From Mobula hypostoma (lineage: Eukaryota), in NCBI RefSeq assembly GCF_963921235.1, contig NC_086097.1:124808001-124872000 (forward strand): DNA of 64,000 nt, written 5' to 3'. Made by a program: the position numbers and the translations under genes. The notes below the pieces were generated by a model. The model was not told the DNA's origin. It saw only the letters and a list, made by a program, of their open reading frames with translations, and did no database searches. Of the stretch, positions 40,987-53,959 are shown piece after piece (the stretch's first letter is position 1; every line of letters starts with the position of its first letter).

Positions 40987-42619
40987 ACCGAAAACATTCT
41001 CTCTCCATTGTCGCTATCCGACTTACTGAATATCTCCAGATTTCTCTTTTCCTTCAGACTTTCAGCTGTTGCGGAGTTTTGTATGTTGCAGTTCCAGCAT
41101 TACTCTTGTTTTTTCTCTTCTTTACATATAGAACATAGAAGAAGAAGGTAGCACAGTACACACCCTTCGGCCCACACGGTTTGCTAACCCTTTAACTTAG
41201 ATTAAGATCAATCTAACCCCTTCCTCTTACATTGCCCTCCATTTTTCTTTCATCCATAAGAGTCTCTCAAATGTCCCTGATGTTCCAGTTTCTACCACCA
41301 GCCCTGGCAGTGTGATCCATGTACCTACCGTTCACTTGCTATCTGCACCCCTCCAGATGGATCAATACTCGTGAATAAGCTTTCAGTATGCTCTCCTAGC
41401 AGGCATCCCCATCACTTGTGTCATTCAGTCTCTCTCAGTCTCCCATCTATCACAGAAATTTCCTTTACTCTCTCCAGCCTTAACCTTTCCCGTAGCTTAA
41501 AACGTGCTTGATTTCTAACCATCCCTTGACCCGAGGAAAGGTCTTCCATCTGAAATATTAACCCTGCTTCTCTCTTCACATATGCTGCCTGACTTTCTGA
41601 GTTTCCTGCTCTTGGTTCATGAGGGAATCATCTAACTGAGGAGCAACAACAAACAATTGGCTGGAGGAACTAGGCGGATCAGGCAGCATGTATTGATGGG
41701 AATAAATAGTTGACTTATCGGGTTGAGTCCCCTCATCAGGAACAGCGCAGAAGCCAGGTGGGGGGAGGGGAAGGATTACAAGCCGACAGGCGATGGGAGA
41801 GACAATACAGCGAGCCTGTAATTTACTAACCCTAACCCACATGTTCTTGTTAGTAGGAGGAAACTAGAACACCACGTGGCCACAGGGAGAATGTACAAAC
41901 TCCTTACAGACAGCGACAGAATTGAACCTGAGTTGCTGATGTAATGGAGTCACGCTGGCCGCTGTGCTACCGTACAACCCTTATCCTTATAAAAGATTAT
42001 CTCAAACCATGTCTGCAGAGAGCTGGTGAATTTATCCAATACATCTGGCAATAACTAACATTTCTTGGAGTAACATGTCTGTAAATCTAGCTTAGCACAA
42101 CATTTTACCTCATCAGTACTCACTTTACTTTGCTTAATTCCCGACACCACCACAGCGAGAATAGGACTTCTTACTATTTAATTTTTTCTATATATTACAA
42201 CCAACTACATTTTGTGGCCAGCTAGGGGCCTAGCCCCCATTCCCACAATCTGATTGCCTCTCCCACAGTAGACAATCCACACTCATTCTCAATGCTCTAA
42301 TATGATTCCTGCGGTTTCAATTCTCCCACTAACACCTTGATCCTCTCCCACTTTAGATTTCTGTCTCTGCATAGAATAGCCTACCTACTTTCCTTTGCAA
42401 GCTTGGCAATGGCACATATATGAGTGAAAGTCACTATATTAACTATACAAGGTCTATTCTATAGCATACAGCACCTGAGACCCATTTGTTATAAATTTCA
42501 TAGCTGGTAGCTCGAAAGCAAAATGCTTGTTGGCCTGATGCACACTCTGAATTATCACCATTTTCCAAGTGCCTAAGAATTCCTAAGAGCAACCAAATAA
42601 ATTGGTAATAGTGTGATCA

Positions 42620-43025
42620 ATCAAGTGAAGTATGATACTCTCCTAAGGGGTTGTCTAGGATTTTAGAGTGAATGGAGGATGCTTGCGTGTATGACTTTGT
42701 TTAATGTGGAGCAGGTGATGTTTGGGCAGCCACTACACACACCTTGGCAGTTCAGGGTCAGCGTCCAGTGGCATAGAATGCAAGCTGACTGGAGACCATT
42801 CACTACTGCAGCCTTCCTCCGCCTTCACTGCCTTCGTGACGTGTCATCATCTTCTGCCAGCTCCACTGTTGAGGGCTTGGTGGAATTGCTGTTTGTCTTG
42901 AACCTCCCCCTTCACCTTACCACCATGGGTGACCCTACCAGGAGCTAAACTCCAGACCGCATTGGCCTCGGGATCTCAGAAACTTGCAAGTGTCTCCACC
43001 ACAAGGGGATTATCCTTGGAGAAAA
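42620..43025 (-). mobile_element. Short non-autonomous element with an RTE (Rex3/BovB-like) 5'-UTR head
   Basis: Homologous over its full length to 49710-50098. The head resembles RTE-clade 5' ends. Confidence 0.6.
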
Positions 43026-44014
43026 CCAAATAAGCACACTGATGAAAAATACAAATGCAGTTTTAAAAAAATGATTTTTCAGTGCTTTTGGAAGAGGCCT
43101 GGTCAGAAATGTTTATTCAGGACGTCGACTCATCGTTTCCATGGATGCTGCCCGACCTGCTGAGTTTTTCCAGCGTGTTGTGAGTGTTGCTTTGATCCCA
43201 GCATCTGCAGATTATTTCGTGTTTTTATTCAGGATTAGTTTTCAGATGTCTGTTTTCTTGTTGAGTTTTGCTGGGGTATTTGGCTTCTATGAAGCTGTTT
43301 ATCAAGCTTTGTGAATTAGTTTAAAATCGTGGACAATGTATTTAACTATTTCACAGTAGTCAGATAATTTTTAAAAGTCATTTTTCAGAAGTATTATAAA
43401 GCACAGAATTGTACTCAACTACACCTTTGCAAAAGTAGTTATTCCAACTATTACCTTCACCAAACACAGTGTGTTTATTGACAAAACTCTCAATCATGGA
43501 GTTGGAAGTGGGCAAGCTAATGGCTTATAGCAATTTTCTGACATGCAGCAAATGCAGTCTTTTTACAGAGTCATAGAATGCTACAGCACAGAAACAGGCC
43601 ACCCATCCTCTCTAGTCCATGCCAAACTATTAATCTGCCTAATCCCATCGACCTGCACCGGGACTATAGCCCTCCATACCCTTCCCATCCATGTACCCAT
43701 CCAAATTTCTCTTAAATGTTGAAATAAAAACTGTGTCCGCCACTTCCATTGGCAGCCTGAGCCTGCTCTGCCAATCAATATCCTGCTGACCTGAACGTAA
43801 CCTCAGCTCACATTCCCGTCTGTCCTTGGTAACTTTTGTTCCTTTATTCGTCAGGATTATAGCTACCACTTCCTCAAAAATATTCAAAGATCGCTTCAAT
43901 CACTATTTGAGGAAGAAAGTTCCAAGGACTTGCATCGTCTGAGAAAAAGTAATTTTTGTTTCATTTCTGTATTTGAAATGGTGATGTCTTATTTTTAAAC
44001 AATGATTCTCCCCA

Positions 44015-44310
44015 CGGCACATCAGCGCAGTCACATTACAGCACCAGTGATCTCCGATTGTAGTTGGATTTCTGCTGCTACATACTGTATAAGGAGTTTA
44101 TATGTTGGCCCCATGAGCTTCCTCTGGGAGCTTTGGTCTCCTATCACATTCCAAAGATGTATGGTTAGGATTGGAGTTAGTAGATGTGGGCATGCTTTGT
44201 TGGCACCATGTTGTGACGCTTGCACAATCCTCATTGATTGAAGTTTGCACAAATGATGCATTTCACTGTGTGTTTTGATGTACAAGGTGAGAAATAAAGC
44301 CAATAAATAA
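44015..44310 (+). mobile_element. V-domain SINE, degraded
   Basis: Same head, V-domain and tail layout as 46803-47128. Confidence 0.7.
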
Positions 44311-44706
44311 AACTCACTGGAGTTTAGGAAAATGGGAGGTGATGTCATTGCAACGTATCGAATATTGCAAAGCCTCGATAGAGTGGATGTGGAAAGGGAG
44401 TTTTCAATAGTGGGAGAGTCCAGGACCAGATGCTGTAGTCTCAGGATAGAAGAATGTCCCTTTAGAACAGAGCTGAGGAGGAATTTCTTTAGCCAGAGGG
44501 TGGTGAATCTGTGAAATTCATTGTCACAGATGGCTCTGGAGGCCAAATCACTGGGTATGTTTGAAGTGGAGTTTGATCAGTTCTTGATTAGTATGGGTGC
44601 CAGGGAGAAGGTAGGAGAATGGGCCGTGAATAAGTCAGCTGTGATGGAATGGAAGAACAGACTCAATTGGCTGAATGGCTTGATTCTGTACCTCTGTCTT
44701 ATGGTC
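44311..44706 (+). mobile_element. CR1 LINE 3' end
   Basis: Peptide GDVIATYRILQSLDRVDVE...RRNFFSQRVVNL. Confidence 0.85.
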
Positions 44707-45018
44707 AGTGGATATTTTTTATGTTTTTCAGGCCATTCTTTGTAAACTCTAGAGAATGTTGTGTGTGAAAATCTCAGGGGATCAGCAGTGTCAGAGATAG
44801 TCAAACCACCCTGTATGTCACCAACAATCATTCCGTGGTCAAAGTCAATTATGTCACATTTCTTCCCCCACTCTAATGTTTGGTTGGAACAACAACTGAA
44901 CCTCTTGACCGTGTCTGCCTGCCTTTATGCATTTAGTTGCTGCCACTCGATTGGCTGATTAGATGTTTGCATTAACGAGCAGGTCTACAGCTGTACCTAA
45001 TAAAGTGGCCACTGAGTG
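44707..45018 (-). mobile_element. Tc1-derived element, partial
   Basis: Peptide MIVG...GLTISDTADPLRFSHTTFSRVYKEW; TIR ...CTAATAAAGTGGCCACTGAGTG followed by TA. Confidence 0.75.
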
Positions 45019-45045
45019 TAGATTGAGCAATTTCAACACACTTCT

Positions 45046-46603
45046 AAACGTAAGAGATTCTGCAGATGCGGGAAATCTAGGGTAACACATACAAATATTG
45101 GAGGAACTCAGCACACCGTCTGCATAGGCCCATTTTTTTTCTGCCTGCTTCTGCCCCATTGAACTCATGTCCACATACCTTGACAGCATTTTATCCCCTT
45201 TGGTTTAGTCCCTTCCCACCTACAGCTGCAAAACTCCACATACTTTCAATCTCCTCAAGAACTTTCAATTCCCTGGACCTGATCGCCTCATTTTCACCAT
45301 GGATTTTCAGTTCCTGTATACTTCTATTCCCCATTGGAAGGCCTTAAAGCTCTCCACTTCTTTCTCAGCAACAGACCTGACCATTTCCCCTCCACCACCA
45401 CCCTCTTCTGCCTGTTGGAACGGGTCCTCATGCTCGACAATTTCTCTTTCAGCTCCTCCCACCTTCTCCAAACTCAAGGGGTAGCCATGGGCACCTGCAT
45501 GGGCCTCACTTGTGCTTCCTTTCTTGTTGGCTTCATGGAACAGTCCCTGCTCCAAGCATTCACTGGTAACACTCCCCAGCTCTTTCTGTGCTGCATTGAC
45601 AACAGCATTGGTGCTGCTTCATGCCCATGTTGAGCTTGTCAATTTCATCAACTTTGCCAACTTTCACCTTTCTCTTCAAGTTTCTGTTTCTGACACCTCT
45701 CTCCCCTTTCTCGATTTCTTTGTCTCCATCTCTGGAGACAAACCATCAACCAATATCTTTTATAAACCTACTCTCTCAGGTATCTTGTCTATACCTCTTC
45801 CCACTTTTGTCACCTGCAAAAATGCCATTCCCTTTTCCCAGTTGCTTCATGTTCACCGCATGCGGATTTCCTTTCCGGAACATCAGAGATGTCCTCCTTC
45901 TTCATAGAAGGGGCTTTTCCCTTCCCCACCATTGATGTTGTCCCCATCCGCATCTCCTCCATTTCCCAGACATCCACCCTCACCCCATCTTCCTGCCGCC
46001 TTAACAGGGAGAGAGTTCCTCTTGTCCTCACCTGACGTAGATTGGGGTCCGCTTTGCTTGGCACCTTCACTCCATCTGCAATGAGCGTCATTTCCCTGTG
46101 GCCAGCCATTTTAATTCCAATCCCCATTCCCATTCCAACGTATTGGTTTATGGCCTCTACAGGCACGATAAGAGTACCTTCAGATTAGAAGAGTAACACC
46201 TCATATTCCGCCTCCAGCCTGCTGGCATGAAGATAGATTTCTCAAAATTCCAGTAATTTTTCACCCCTTCCCCTTCCCCTTTCTTCTATTCCCCATTCTG
46301 ATTCCCCTCTTACCTGTTCTCTTCTCCCCACCTGCCTATCATGTTCCCCTAGTGCCCTGCCTTCTTCTGTTTCTCCCACGGTCCAGTCTCCTTTCCTACC
46401 AGATTCCTTCTTCTTCAGCTTCTCACTTCATTTCCCCCTCCTGACCCACCTGGCTTCACCTATTACCTTCTGCCTTGTACACCTTCCCCTTCCCCCCACC
46501 TTTCTTATTCTAGCTTCTTTCCCCTTCCTTTTCAGTCCTGATGAAGGGCCTCGGCCCAAAATGTTGACCGTTTATCCCTCTCCATAGATGCTGCCTGACC
46601 TGC
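45046..46603 (+). mobile_element. Older, degraded Penelope-like element with an inverted tail copy at its 5' end
   Basis: Broken ORFs (LYTSIPH, TQGVAMGTCMG, CKNAIPFSQ). Decayed hammerhead at 46534-46569 (CTGATGA...AAAATGTT). 45046-45115 is the reverse complement of the family 3' tail. Confidence 0.85.
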
Positions 46604-46802
46604 AAGATATTGTCGTTACAGCTTCCTAGTGTGGGAAAGCTAGATCGGTAAAGTGCAGTGCGCAGGAAGTTCTGAGCAATTCCTGCCTAAGGCTTCCTGT
46701 ATGAGTTGATCTATGCTCAGATCTTGGTGTAAATAAATCTCATTTGATTGCGAGGGGTCATTTAAGTACAAGCTCTATTTATTTGTAAACCCTGCCTAAT
46801 TA

Positions 46803-47128
46803 GGGCAGCACGGTAGTGTTACGGTTAGCGTAACGCTGTTACAGCGCTACCGGTAACCAATCAGGGTTCAATTCTTGTCACTGCCTGTGAGGAGATGGTA
46901 CATTCTCGCCTGTGACTGTGTGGATTTCCTTTGGGTGCTCTGGTTTCCTCCCACGTTCTAAAGATGTATGGTTAGGGTTAGCGGGTTGTCGGCATGCTAT
47001 GTTAGTGGCAGAAGTGTGGTGACACCAGTGGGCTGTCCCTCACCAGCACATCCGCACTGATTACATTTTATGCAGATGATGTTTTCACTTTATTTTTGAT
47101 GTACATCTGACAAATAAAGCTAATTTTT
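46803..47128 (+). mobile_element. tRNA-derived V-domain SINE with alternative tail
   Basis: GGCAGCACGGTAGTG...GGGTTCAATTC, V domain, tail GGCATGCTATGTT...TGTACATCTGACAAATAAAGCTAAT. Confidence 0.85.
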
Positions 47129-47209
47129 AAGCTTTACCTTTTCTCTTTACCTCTTGTGCAAGGAAGCTGGGGCGCTTATCCCTAATAATACTACCTCTCA
47201 AGTACCACT

Positions 47210-48935
47210 GGGAGCAGAATTAGGCTATTTGGTCCATCGAGTCTGCTCCACCATTCCATCGAGGCTGATTTATTATCTCTCTCAACCCCATTCTCTTGCC
47301 TTTTCCTCGTAACCTTTGACTAATCAACAACCTATCAATCTATGCTTTAGATATATCCAATGACATGGCCTCCACAGCCACCTGTGGCAATGAATTCCAC
47401 AGATTCACCAGTCTCTGGCTAAAGAAATTCCTCCTCACCTCTATTCTAAAAGGATGTCCCTCTATTCTGAGGCTATGCCTTCTGGTTTTAGACTCACCAG
47501 CTACTCCACATTCACTCTAACTAAGTCTTTCAAAATTCGATAGGTTTCAATGAGATCCCCGCTCATTTTTCTAAACTCTAATGAGTACAGGCTCACAGCT
47601 AACAAATGCTCCCCAAACATTAACCCTTTCATTCCTGGAGTCATTCTTGTGAACCTCCTCTAGACCCTCTCTAATGCCAGCACATATTTTTTTAGATAAG
47701 AGGCCCAAAATTGCTTAAAACACTCCAAGTACGGTTTGACCAATGCCTTATAAAGCCTCAGCATTACATACTTGCTTTTATATTCTAGTCCTGCAGGAGG
47801 ACTCCAAATTTGCAATTTTGATTTTTGAATCTTCTCCCTGTTTAGAAAATAGTCTACACCTTTATTCCTTCTACCAGTGCATGTCCATAGACTTCCTTAC
47901 ACTATATTTCATTTGCCACTTTGCCTATTCTCCTAATCAGTTTTAGTTCTTCTGCAGATTCCTTCACCTACCTCCTTATTGTCCACAAACTATGCTACAA
48001 AGCCATCAATTCTGTCATCCAAATCACTGACATGTAATGTGAAAAGAAGCAGTTCCAACACTGAACCCTGTAGAATACATTAGTCACCAGCAGCCAGTCT
48101 GTAAAGGCCCTCTTTATTCCCACTCTTTGTCTCCTGCCGGTCAGCTGTTCTTATATAGAAACATAGAAAATAGGTGCAGGAGTAGGCCATTCGGCCCTTC
48201 GAGCCTGCACCGCCATTTATTATGATCATGGCTGATCATCCAACTCAGAACCCCGCCCCAGCCTTCCCACCATACCCCCTGATCCCTTTAGCCACAAGGG
48301 CCATATCTAACTCCCTCTTAAATATAGCCAATCAACTGGCCTCAACTGTTTCCTGTGGCAGAGAATTCCACAGATTCACTACTCTCTGTGTGAAGAAGTT
48401 TTTCCTAATCTCTGTCCTAAAAGGCTTCCCCCTTATCCTCAAACTGTGACCCCTCGTTCTGGACTTCCCCAACATCGGGAACAATCTTCCTGCATCTAGC
48501 CTGTCCAATCCCTTTAGAATTTTATACGTTTCAATCAGATCCCCCCTCAATCTTCTAAATTCCAACGAGTACAAGCCCAGTTCATCCAGTCTTTCTTCAT
48601 ATGAAAGTCCTGCCATCCCAGGCTATCCATGCTAGTTGCCTTCTATTGGTTCTTTAAAGCTTCCAAATCCTCTAACTTCTCATTAATTTTTGCAATATTG
48701 TATGCCCTCTTTTTTGCTTTTATGCTCTTTGACTTCTCTTTGCCATGGTGCCTCATCCTCCCTTTAGAATATTTCTTCTTCTCTATGATATATCCATCTT
48801 GTCCCATATGAATTTCTCCCAGAAACTCCAGCCATTGTTGTTCTGCCGTCATCCCAGCCAGTGTTCCCTTCCAATCAACCTTGGCCAGGTCCTCTCTCAG
48901 GCTTCTGTAATTCCCTTTACCCCATTGTAATACTG
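47210..48935 (-). mobile_element. Nested CR1 LINE fragments, including a young copy at ~48155-48622
   Basis: Intact peptide GLSYEERLDELGLYSLEFRRLRGDLIETYKILKGLDRLD...FFTQRVVNLWNSLP (48332-48616) lying between older CR1 pieces. Confidence 0.85.
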
Positions 48936-49111
48936 AAATTAAAAGTGAGATTAGGGAAGTTTAAAGGATATGGCTGAGGCAAGTTTTCTTTTACACATAG
49001 TGCATAGGTAGGTGTCTGGAGTGGCAAAGCCATGAGAGATGATAGAAGCAGATAGGATAGAAACATTTACAAGCTTTTTGGACAGATGCGTGGACAGGCA
49101 GAGGTTGATAG

Positions 49112-49697
49112 AAATACCAAAACCCTTGTATAGAAAAGCCTACAAAAAGTAGTGGATCCATCATGGGTAAAGCCCTCCTTACCGTTGAACATATATACAT
49201 AGGAAGGCAGCACCCAACATCAAGGACCCCCACTATCTAGGCCATCTTCTCTTCCCATGGCTGCCATCAGGAAGAAGGTTCACAAGCCTCAGGACTCACA
49301 CCATCAGGTTCAGGAACAGTTCTGACCCCTCAACCATCAAGTTCTTGAACCAGAGGGGATAATTTCGCTCAACTTCACTCACCCCATCACTGAACTGTTC
49401 CCACAACCAATGGACTCACTTTCAAGGATTCTTCATCTTATGTTCTTGATATTTATTTCTAATTAATTAATTAATTAATTAGTTATTCTTATTTCTTTTT
49501 TTTTCTTTCTTATTAGCACAGTTTGTTGTATTTTTTGCACATTGGTTGTTGTCTGTCCTGTTGGGTGTGGTCTTTCATTGATTCTATTGTGTTTCTTGTA
49601 TTTACTGTGATTGCTCACAAGAAAATGAATCTCAGGGTGGTATATGGTGATATATAAGTACTTTGATAATAAATTTACATTGAGTTTTGAACTTTGA
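49112..49697 (+). mobile_element. Rex1/Babar-like LINE 3' end
   Basis: Matches 26040-26280 and continues into the family tail (...GTACTTTGATAATAAATTTAC...TTTGAACTTTGA). Confidence 0.7.
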
Positions 49698-49709
49698 GTA
49701 ACATGATCG

Positions 49710-50098
49710 CTTGAGTCAAGTATGATGTTCTCTCAGGGGTTATTCCCTTATTGGAGAATGCCTGTGAGTGACTTTATTTAATGTTGAGAGGCTGATGCAC
49801 AGGCAGTCACACATAGTCCTCAACAGGTTGGTGACAAGGTCCAGTGGCATGGAATGCAAGATGACTGGGGACCCTCCACTACTGCAGCCTTCCTCCAGCT
49901 TCACTGCCATTGTGAATGTGTCAACATCTCCTGCCAGCTCCACTGTTGAGGTCTTGGTTGGATTGCTCTTCATTTGGAACCTCCCCCTTGACCTTATTGC
50001 CAGGGGTGATCCCACCAGGTGCTGAACTCCAAGCAGCATCGCTCTCAGGATCTCACAAGCCTCTCCGCCACGACAAGGTAACAATCCTCGGAGAAGAG
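49710..50098 (-). mobile_element. Short non-autonomous element with an RTE (Rex3/BovB-like) 5'-UTR head
   Basis: The minus strand begins ...ACCTTGTCGTGGCGGAGAGGCTTGTGAG...CCTGGTGGGATCACCCCTGGCAATAAGGTC and ends ATCATACTTGACT. Confidence 0.65.
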
Positions 50099-50419
50099 GG
50101 TCATAGTGTCATAGTCATAGCTCCAATGCAACTCCAGCTCTGTCAGTGAGCAGAGACAAGATCCACAACACCAGCAGTTGTGAGACCAACGGACCATAGA
50201 GTGTGCTTTAGAGAGACAAGAGGGGAAATCACAGGGTTTTTTAATCCCACTATCACCAGTATCCACAACTATTTGCCAGCTCACTATGGATCCCATGTGG
50301 TCTAACTTTCCAAAGGTGCAAGCAGAAGGCATTAGTTAGAGTGGTATCATGGTCAATATGGAGCTGGAAGTCCTGTCCTTGTGTGGTTCTGTTCAATACG
50401 CCATGTCCTAGGAGTGTGG

Positions 50420-51252
50420 AGTCTTGATAGGATGCAGGAGTGGGCTGAGAAGTGGCAGATGGAGTTCAACCCGGAGAAGTGTGAGGTGGTACACTTTGGA
50501 AGGATAAACTCCAAGGCAGAGTACAAAGTAAATGGCAGGATACTTGGTAGTGTGGAGGAGCAGAGGGATCTCGGGGGTACATGTCCACAGATCCCTGAAA
50601 GTTGCCTCACGGGTGGATACGGTAGTTAAGAAAGCTTATGGGGTGTTAGCTTTCATAAGTCGAGGGATAGAGTTTAAGAGTTGCGATGTAATGATGCAGC
50701 TCTATAAAACTCTGGTTAGGCCACACTTGGAGCACTGTGTCCAGTTCTGGTCACCTCACTATAGGAAGGATGTGGAAGCATTGGAAAGGGTACAGAGGAG
50801 ATTTACCAGGATGCTGCCTGGTTTAGAAAGTATGCATTATGATCAGAGATTAAGGGAGCTAGGGCTTTACTCTTTGGAGAGAAGGAGGATGAGAGAGGAG
50901 ACATGATAGAGGTGTACAAGACAATAAGAGGAATAGATAGAGTGGATAGCCAGCGCCTCTTCCCCAGGGCACCACTGCTCAATACAAGAGGACATGGCTT
51001 TAAGGTAAGGGGTGGGAAGTTCAAGGGGGATATTAGAGGAAGGTTTTTTACTCAGAGAGTGGTTGGTGCGTGGAATGCACTGCCTGAGTTAGTGGTGGAG
51101 GCAGATACACTAGTCAAGTTTAAGAGACTACTAGACAGGTATATGGAGCAATTTAAGGTGGGGGCTTATATGGGAGGCAGGGTTTGAGGGTCGGCACAAC
51201 ATTGTGGGCCGAAGGGCCTGTACTGTGCTGTACTATTCTATGTTCTATGTTC
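50420..51252 (+). mobile_element. CR1 LINE 3' end, young, with two frameshifts
   Basis: Peptides WAEKWQMEFNPEKCEVVHFG, LYKTLVRPHLEHCVQFWSP and FFTQRVVGAWNALP; (TTCTATG)n tail. Confidence 0.92.
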
Positions 51253-51794
51253 AATCACTTAGGATAAAATTATAATCACGTATTTTAAATTGAAGTGAAT
51301 GTGATTGACTGTTTTGTCTCTTAGTTCTATTTCCCTTTGTTCCTGTTTGATTTTTGCCATGATTTAACTTAACTTTATTGACTTAACACTTTTTAAGCGA
51401 TACAGCATGATAAGAGGCCCTTCTGGCCCAATGAGCCCGTGCCACTCAATGATGCTCATGTGAGCAATTCACCTACTGGCCTGAATGTCTTTGGATTGAG
51501 GGAGGAAATCGGAGCGCCTGGAGGAAACCAATGTGGTTCAAGCTCCTTACTAACCGCAACAGTGTTCTTTCTTTCTTTCTTCTCTCTCTCTCTCTCTCTC
51601 TCCCTCCCTCCCTCCCTCTCACTCTTTTCATCACAGCAAACCTGTCCTCATGGACCTCAAAGACCTTTGACTGGAAACCTGGCCCTTGTTCTTCTCCCTG
51701 TAGATGCTGCCTGACTTTCTGAGCATTTCCAGTATTTTCTGCTATTATTTATCCTCGGTGCTCTTGGTGAAGTTACAACCAAGAAACCTTTGCA

Positions 51795-52080
51795 GGGTGG
51801 TTCGCACAAATGCTTTACAGTAATCGCCAGTGGAGGTTCAATTCCCTCTGCTGTCTGTAAGGAGTTTGCACCTTCCCCCTGTGGCTGCTTGGGTTTCTTC
51901 CGGGCTCTCTGGTTTCCTCCCACATTCCAAAATTGTACAGTTTTGCATTAGTAAATTGTGGGCATACTATTATGTCAGAAGTCCCCAGCACAATCCTCAC
52001 TGATTTCATTTGATGCAAATGACCCATTTTACTCTACGTTTTGATGTACATGTGACAAATAAAGCTAATCTTTATCTTAC
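51795..52080 (+). mobile_element. V-domain SINE
   Basis: GGTTCAATTCC B box, CTGTCTGTAAGGAGTTTGCAC, GGTTTCCTCCCACATTCCAAA and the family tail. Confidence 0.8.
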
Positions 52081-52459
52081 TGATAAACATAAAATTACTG
52101 GTTACTAAATTTTAATTCTCAAAATCAGGGTATGCCTGACTCATCTATTTGAAAGTGTACTCACCCTTCTGAAAAACAAATACAGTTACATGGGCTAAAA
52201 CCAGTCTGTCCTAGCCCGCATTTTTACACATCTGGAGAGGGTGGATTCAACGTTTCAAGTTTGCTTTTTCATTACAAAGTAATGTGGGATGGAAAACTAT
52301 CTCACTGCTGCAAAATAACAGCTATAGTCAATTATAAACCCATTAGCTAACAAAAACAGCCAACCTGTTAATTGTTCTCATGCAGATCACAGTGAGGAGC
52401 CTAGTGCAAACAGAAGACAATACAAACTAATTCTTCGCCGGCCATAATACAAACTAATG

Positions 52460-53582
52460 TGGCACACACAAAATGCTGGAGGAACTCAACAAGTCAAGGA
52501 AATGAACAAAGAGTCGATGTTTCAGGCTGAGACCCTTCTTCAGGACTGGAAAGGAAGGGGAAGATGCAGAGATCCCACCTCTCCCGGAAGTTCCGGGAGT
52601 CTCCCGCATATTAATAGTGCCTCCCTGATGCCTGCGAATTACATACATCATCACGGAAATCAATTTTTTTGAGAGCGAGCGAGAGAAAGCAAGCGAGAGT
52701 GCGCGAGCGACCACGAGAGAGAGAGCGTGCGAGCGAGAGAAAGCAAGCGAGAGTGCGCGAGCGACCACGAGAGAGAGAGAGCGCGCGAGCGAGAGCACGC
52801 CATGGCAGAGTGTTCCAAAAAAAATATAAAATGTACGTCACCCCAGACTACACTAAAGTGTACCCCTGCCTAATAGGGGTCAAAATAATGACAGTGTTGC
52901 TCACTGCACTGTTTGCAACAGTGACTTTTCTATTGCCCATGGTGGGTTAAGACTTTAAAAGACGTGTTGAGTTGAGTTTATCAGGTGTCATTCGTTCATT
53001 AGTATAGCTAACATTATTTAAACTAGCTGGCCAGCTGCTAAGGAGCTACTCTATTGCAGACATCCCACCTCTCCCGGAAGTCTCCTGCAAATTGATGATG
53101 CTACCTCCCTGAAATGAGTTTTTGCAGGGTGGGATGTCTGAAGATGCCAGAATAAAAGGGTGTGCAAGGGGGAGGAAGATAGCTGATAGGAGAGTGGACC
53201 ATAGGAGAAAGGGAAGAGGTAAGTGGCCAGAGTGGGGAATAGATGAAGAGGGGAGGGGAAGGGAAAAATGTTTTACCGAAAGAGAAATGGCTATTCATGC
53301 CATCAGGTTGGAGGTTACCCAGTCGAAATATAAGATGTTGGTCTTCCACCCTGAGGGCAATCATGCATTAAATTGCTGGGCACCATAAAATTCCACTTTC
53401 AGCAGATGGAGCAGAAGTGCTTAATGAATCAGTCTACGATGGCTCTGAGCATTGTAGATGAGGCCACATCGGGAGCACCGGACACAAGAGACAACCCTAG
53501 CAGATCCACAGATGAGTGTTACCTAACCTGGAATAACTCTTTGGGGCCCTGAATGAAAGTGAGGGAGGAAGTGAATGGGTAT
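52460..53582 (-). mobile_element. Degraded Penelope-like 3' fragment, split by a DNA transposon
   Basis: Peptide LRVEDQHLIFRLGNLQPDGMN. Hammerhead motif at 52512-52547 (CTGAAGA...GAAAC-ATC-GACT). Confidence 0.8.
52567..53140. mobile_element. Non-autonomous DNA transposon (MITE-like; superfamily uncertain, possibly hAT)
   Basis: TIRs CAGAGATCCCACC / GGTGGGATGTCTG (13 bp, 1 mismatch). Flanking duplication AAGATG, or GAAGATGC if the ends are shifted in by 1 nt. Internal GA/GC-rich tandem duplication at 52671-52800. Confidence 0.85.
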
Positions 53583-53959
53583 GTCCATATTTCTGTCTCA
53601 GCCCATGGTAGCAAATGGAAAATGCACAAAATATTGCACTAGTGCACATTTCTCAACTAGAGCAACACACACAAAATGCTGGAAAAAATAAACAGTCAAC
53701 ATTTCTGTCTTGGCCCAAAACATCAACTGTTTATTTCTCTCCATAGGTGCTGCCTGATGTGCTGATTTCCTCCAGTATTTTGTGTGTGTTATCCTTTAAA
53801 TGGAATTGGTCTATAGATATTCTATAGGTCACATTTCACTCAATTTACACAAATTTGGCTTTACATATAAGCAGGAACTCCTTGCAGCCACATGGGTAGA
53901 GAACACGTCTATATTTTGGGCTCAGTCTGCTTGGTAACTTGAATAGATTTGAGTGTTTG

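Noticed and set aside
46803..46880. tRNA genes (also 40736 and 33410-33485)
   Set aside because: The A/B-box heads run directly into SINE bodies, and I could not form a complete cloverleaf.
52454..52950. Arg/Glu- and Ser/Leu/Ala-repeat ORFs
   Set aside because: They arise from the GA/GC-rich tandem repeat inside the MITE.
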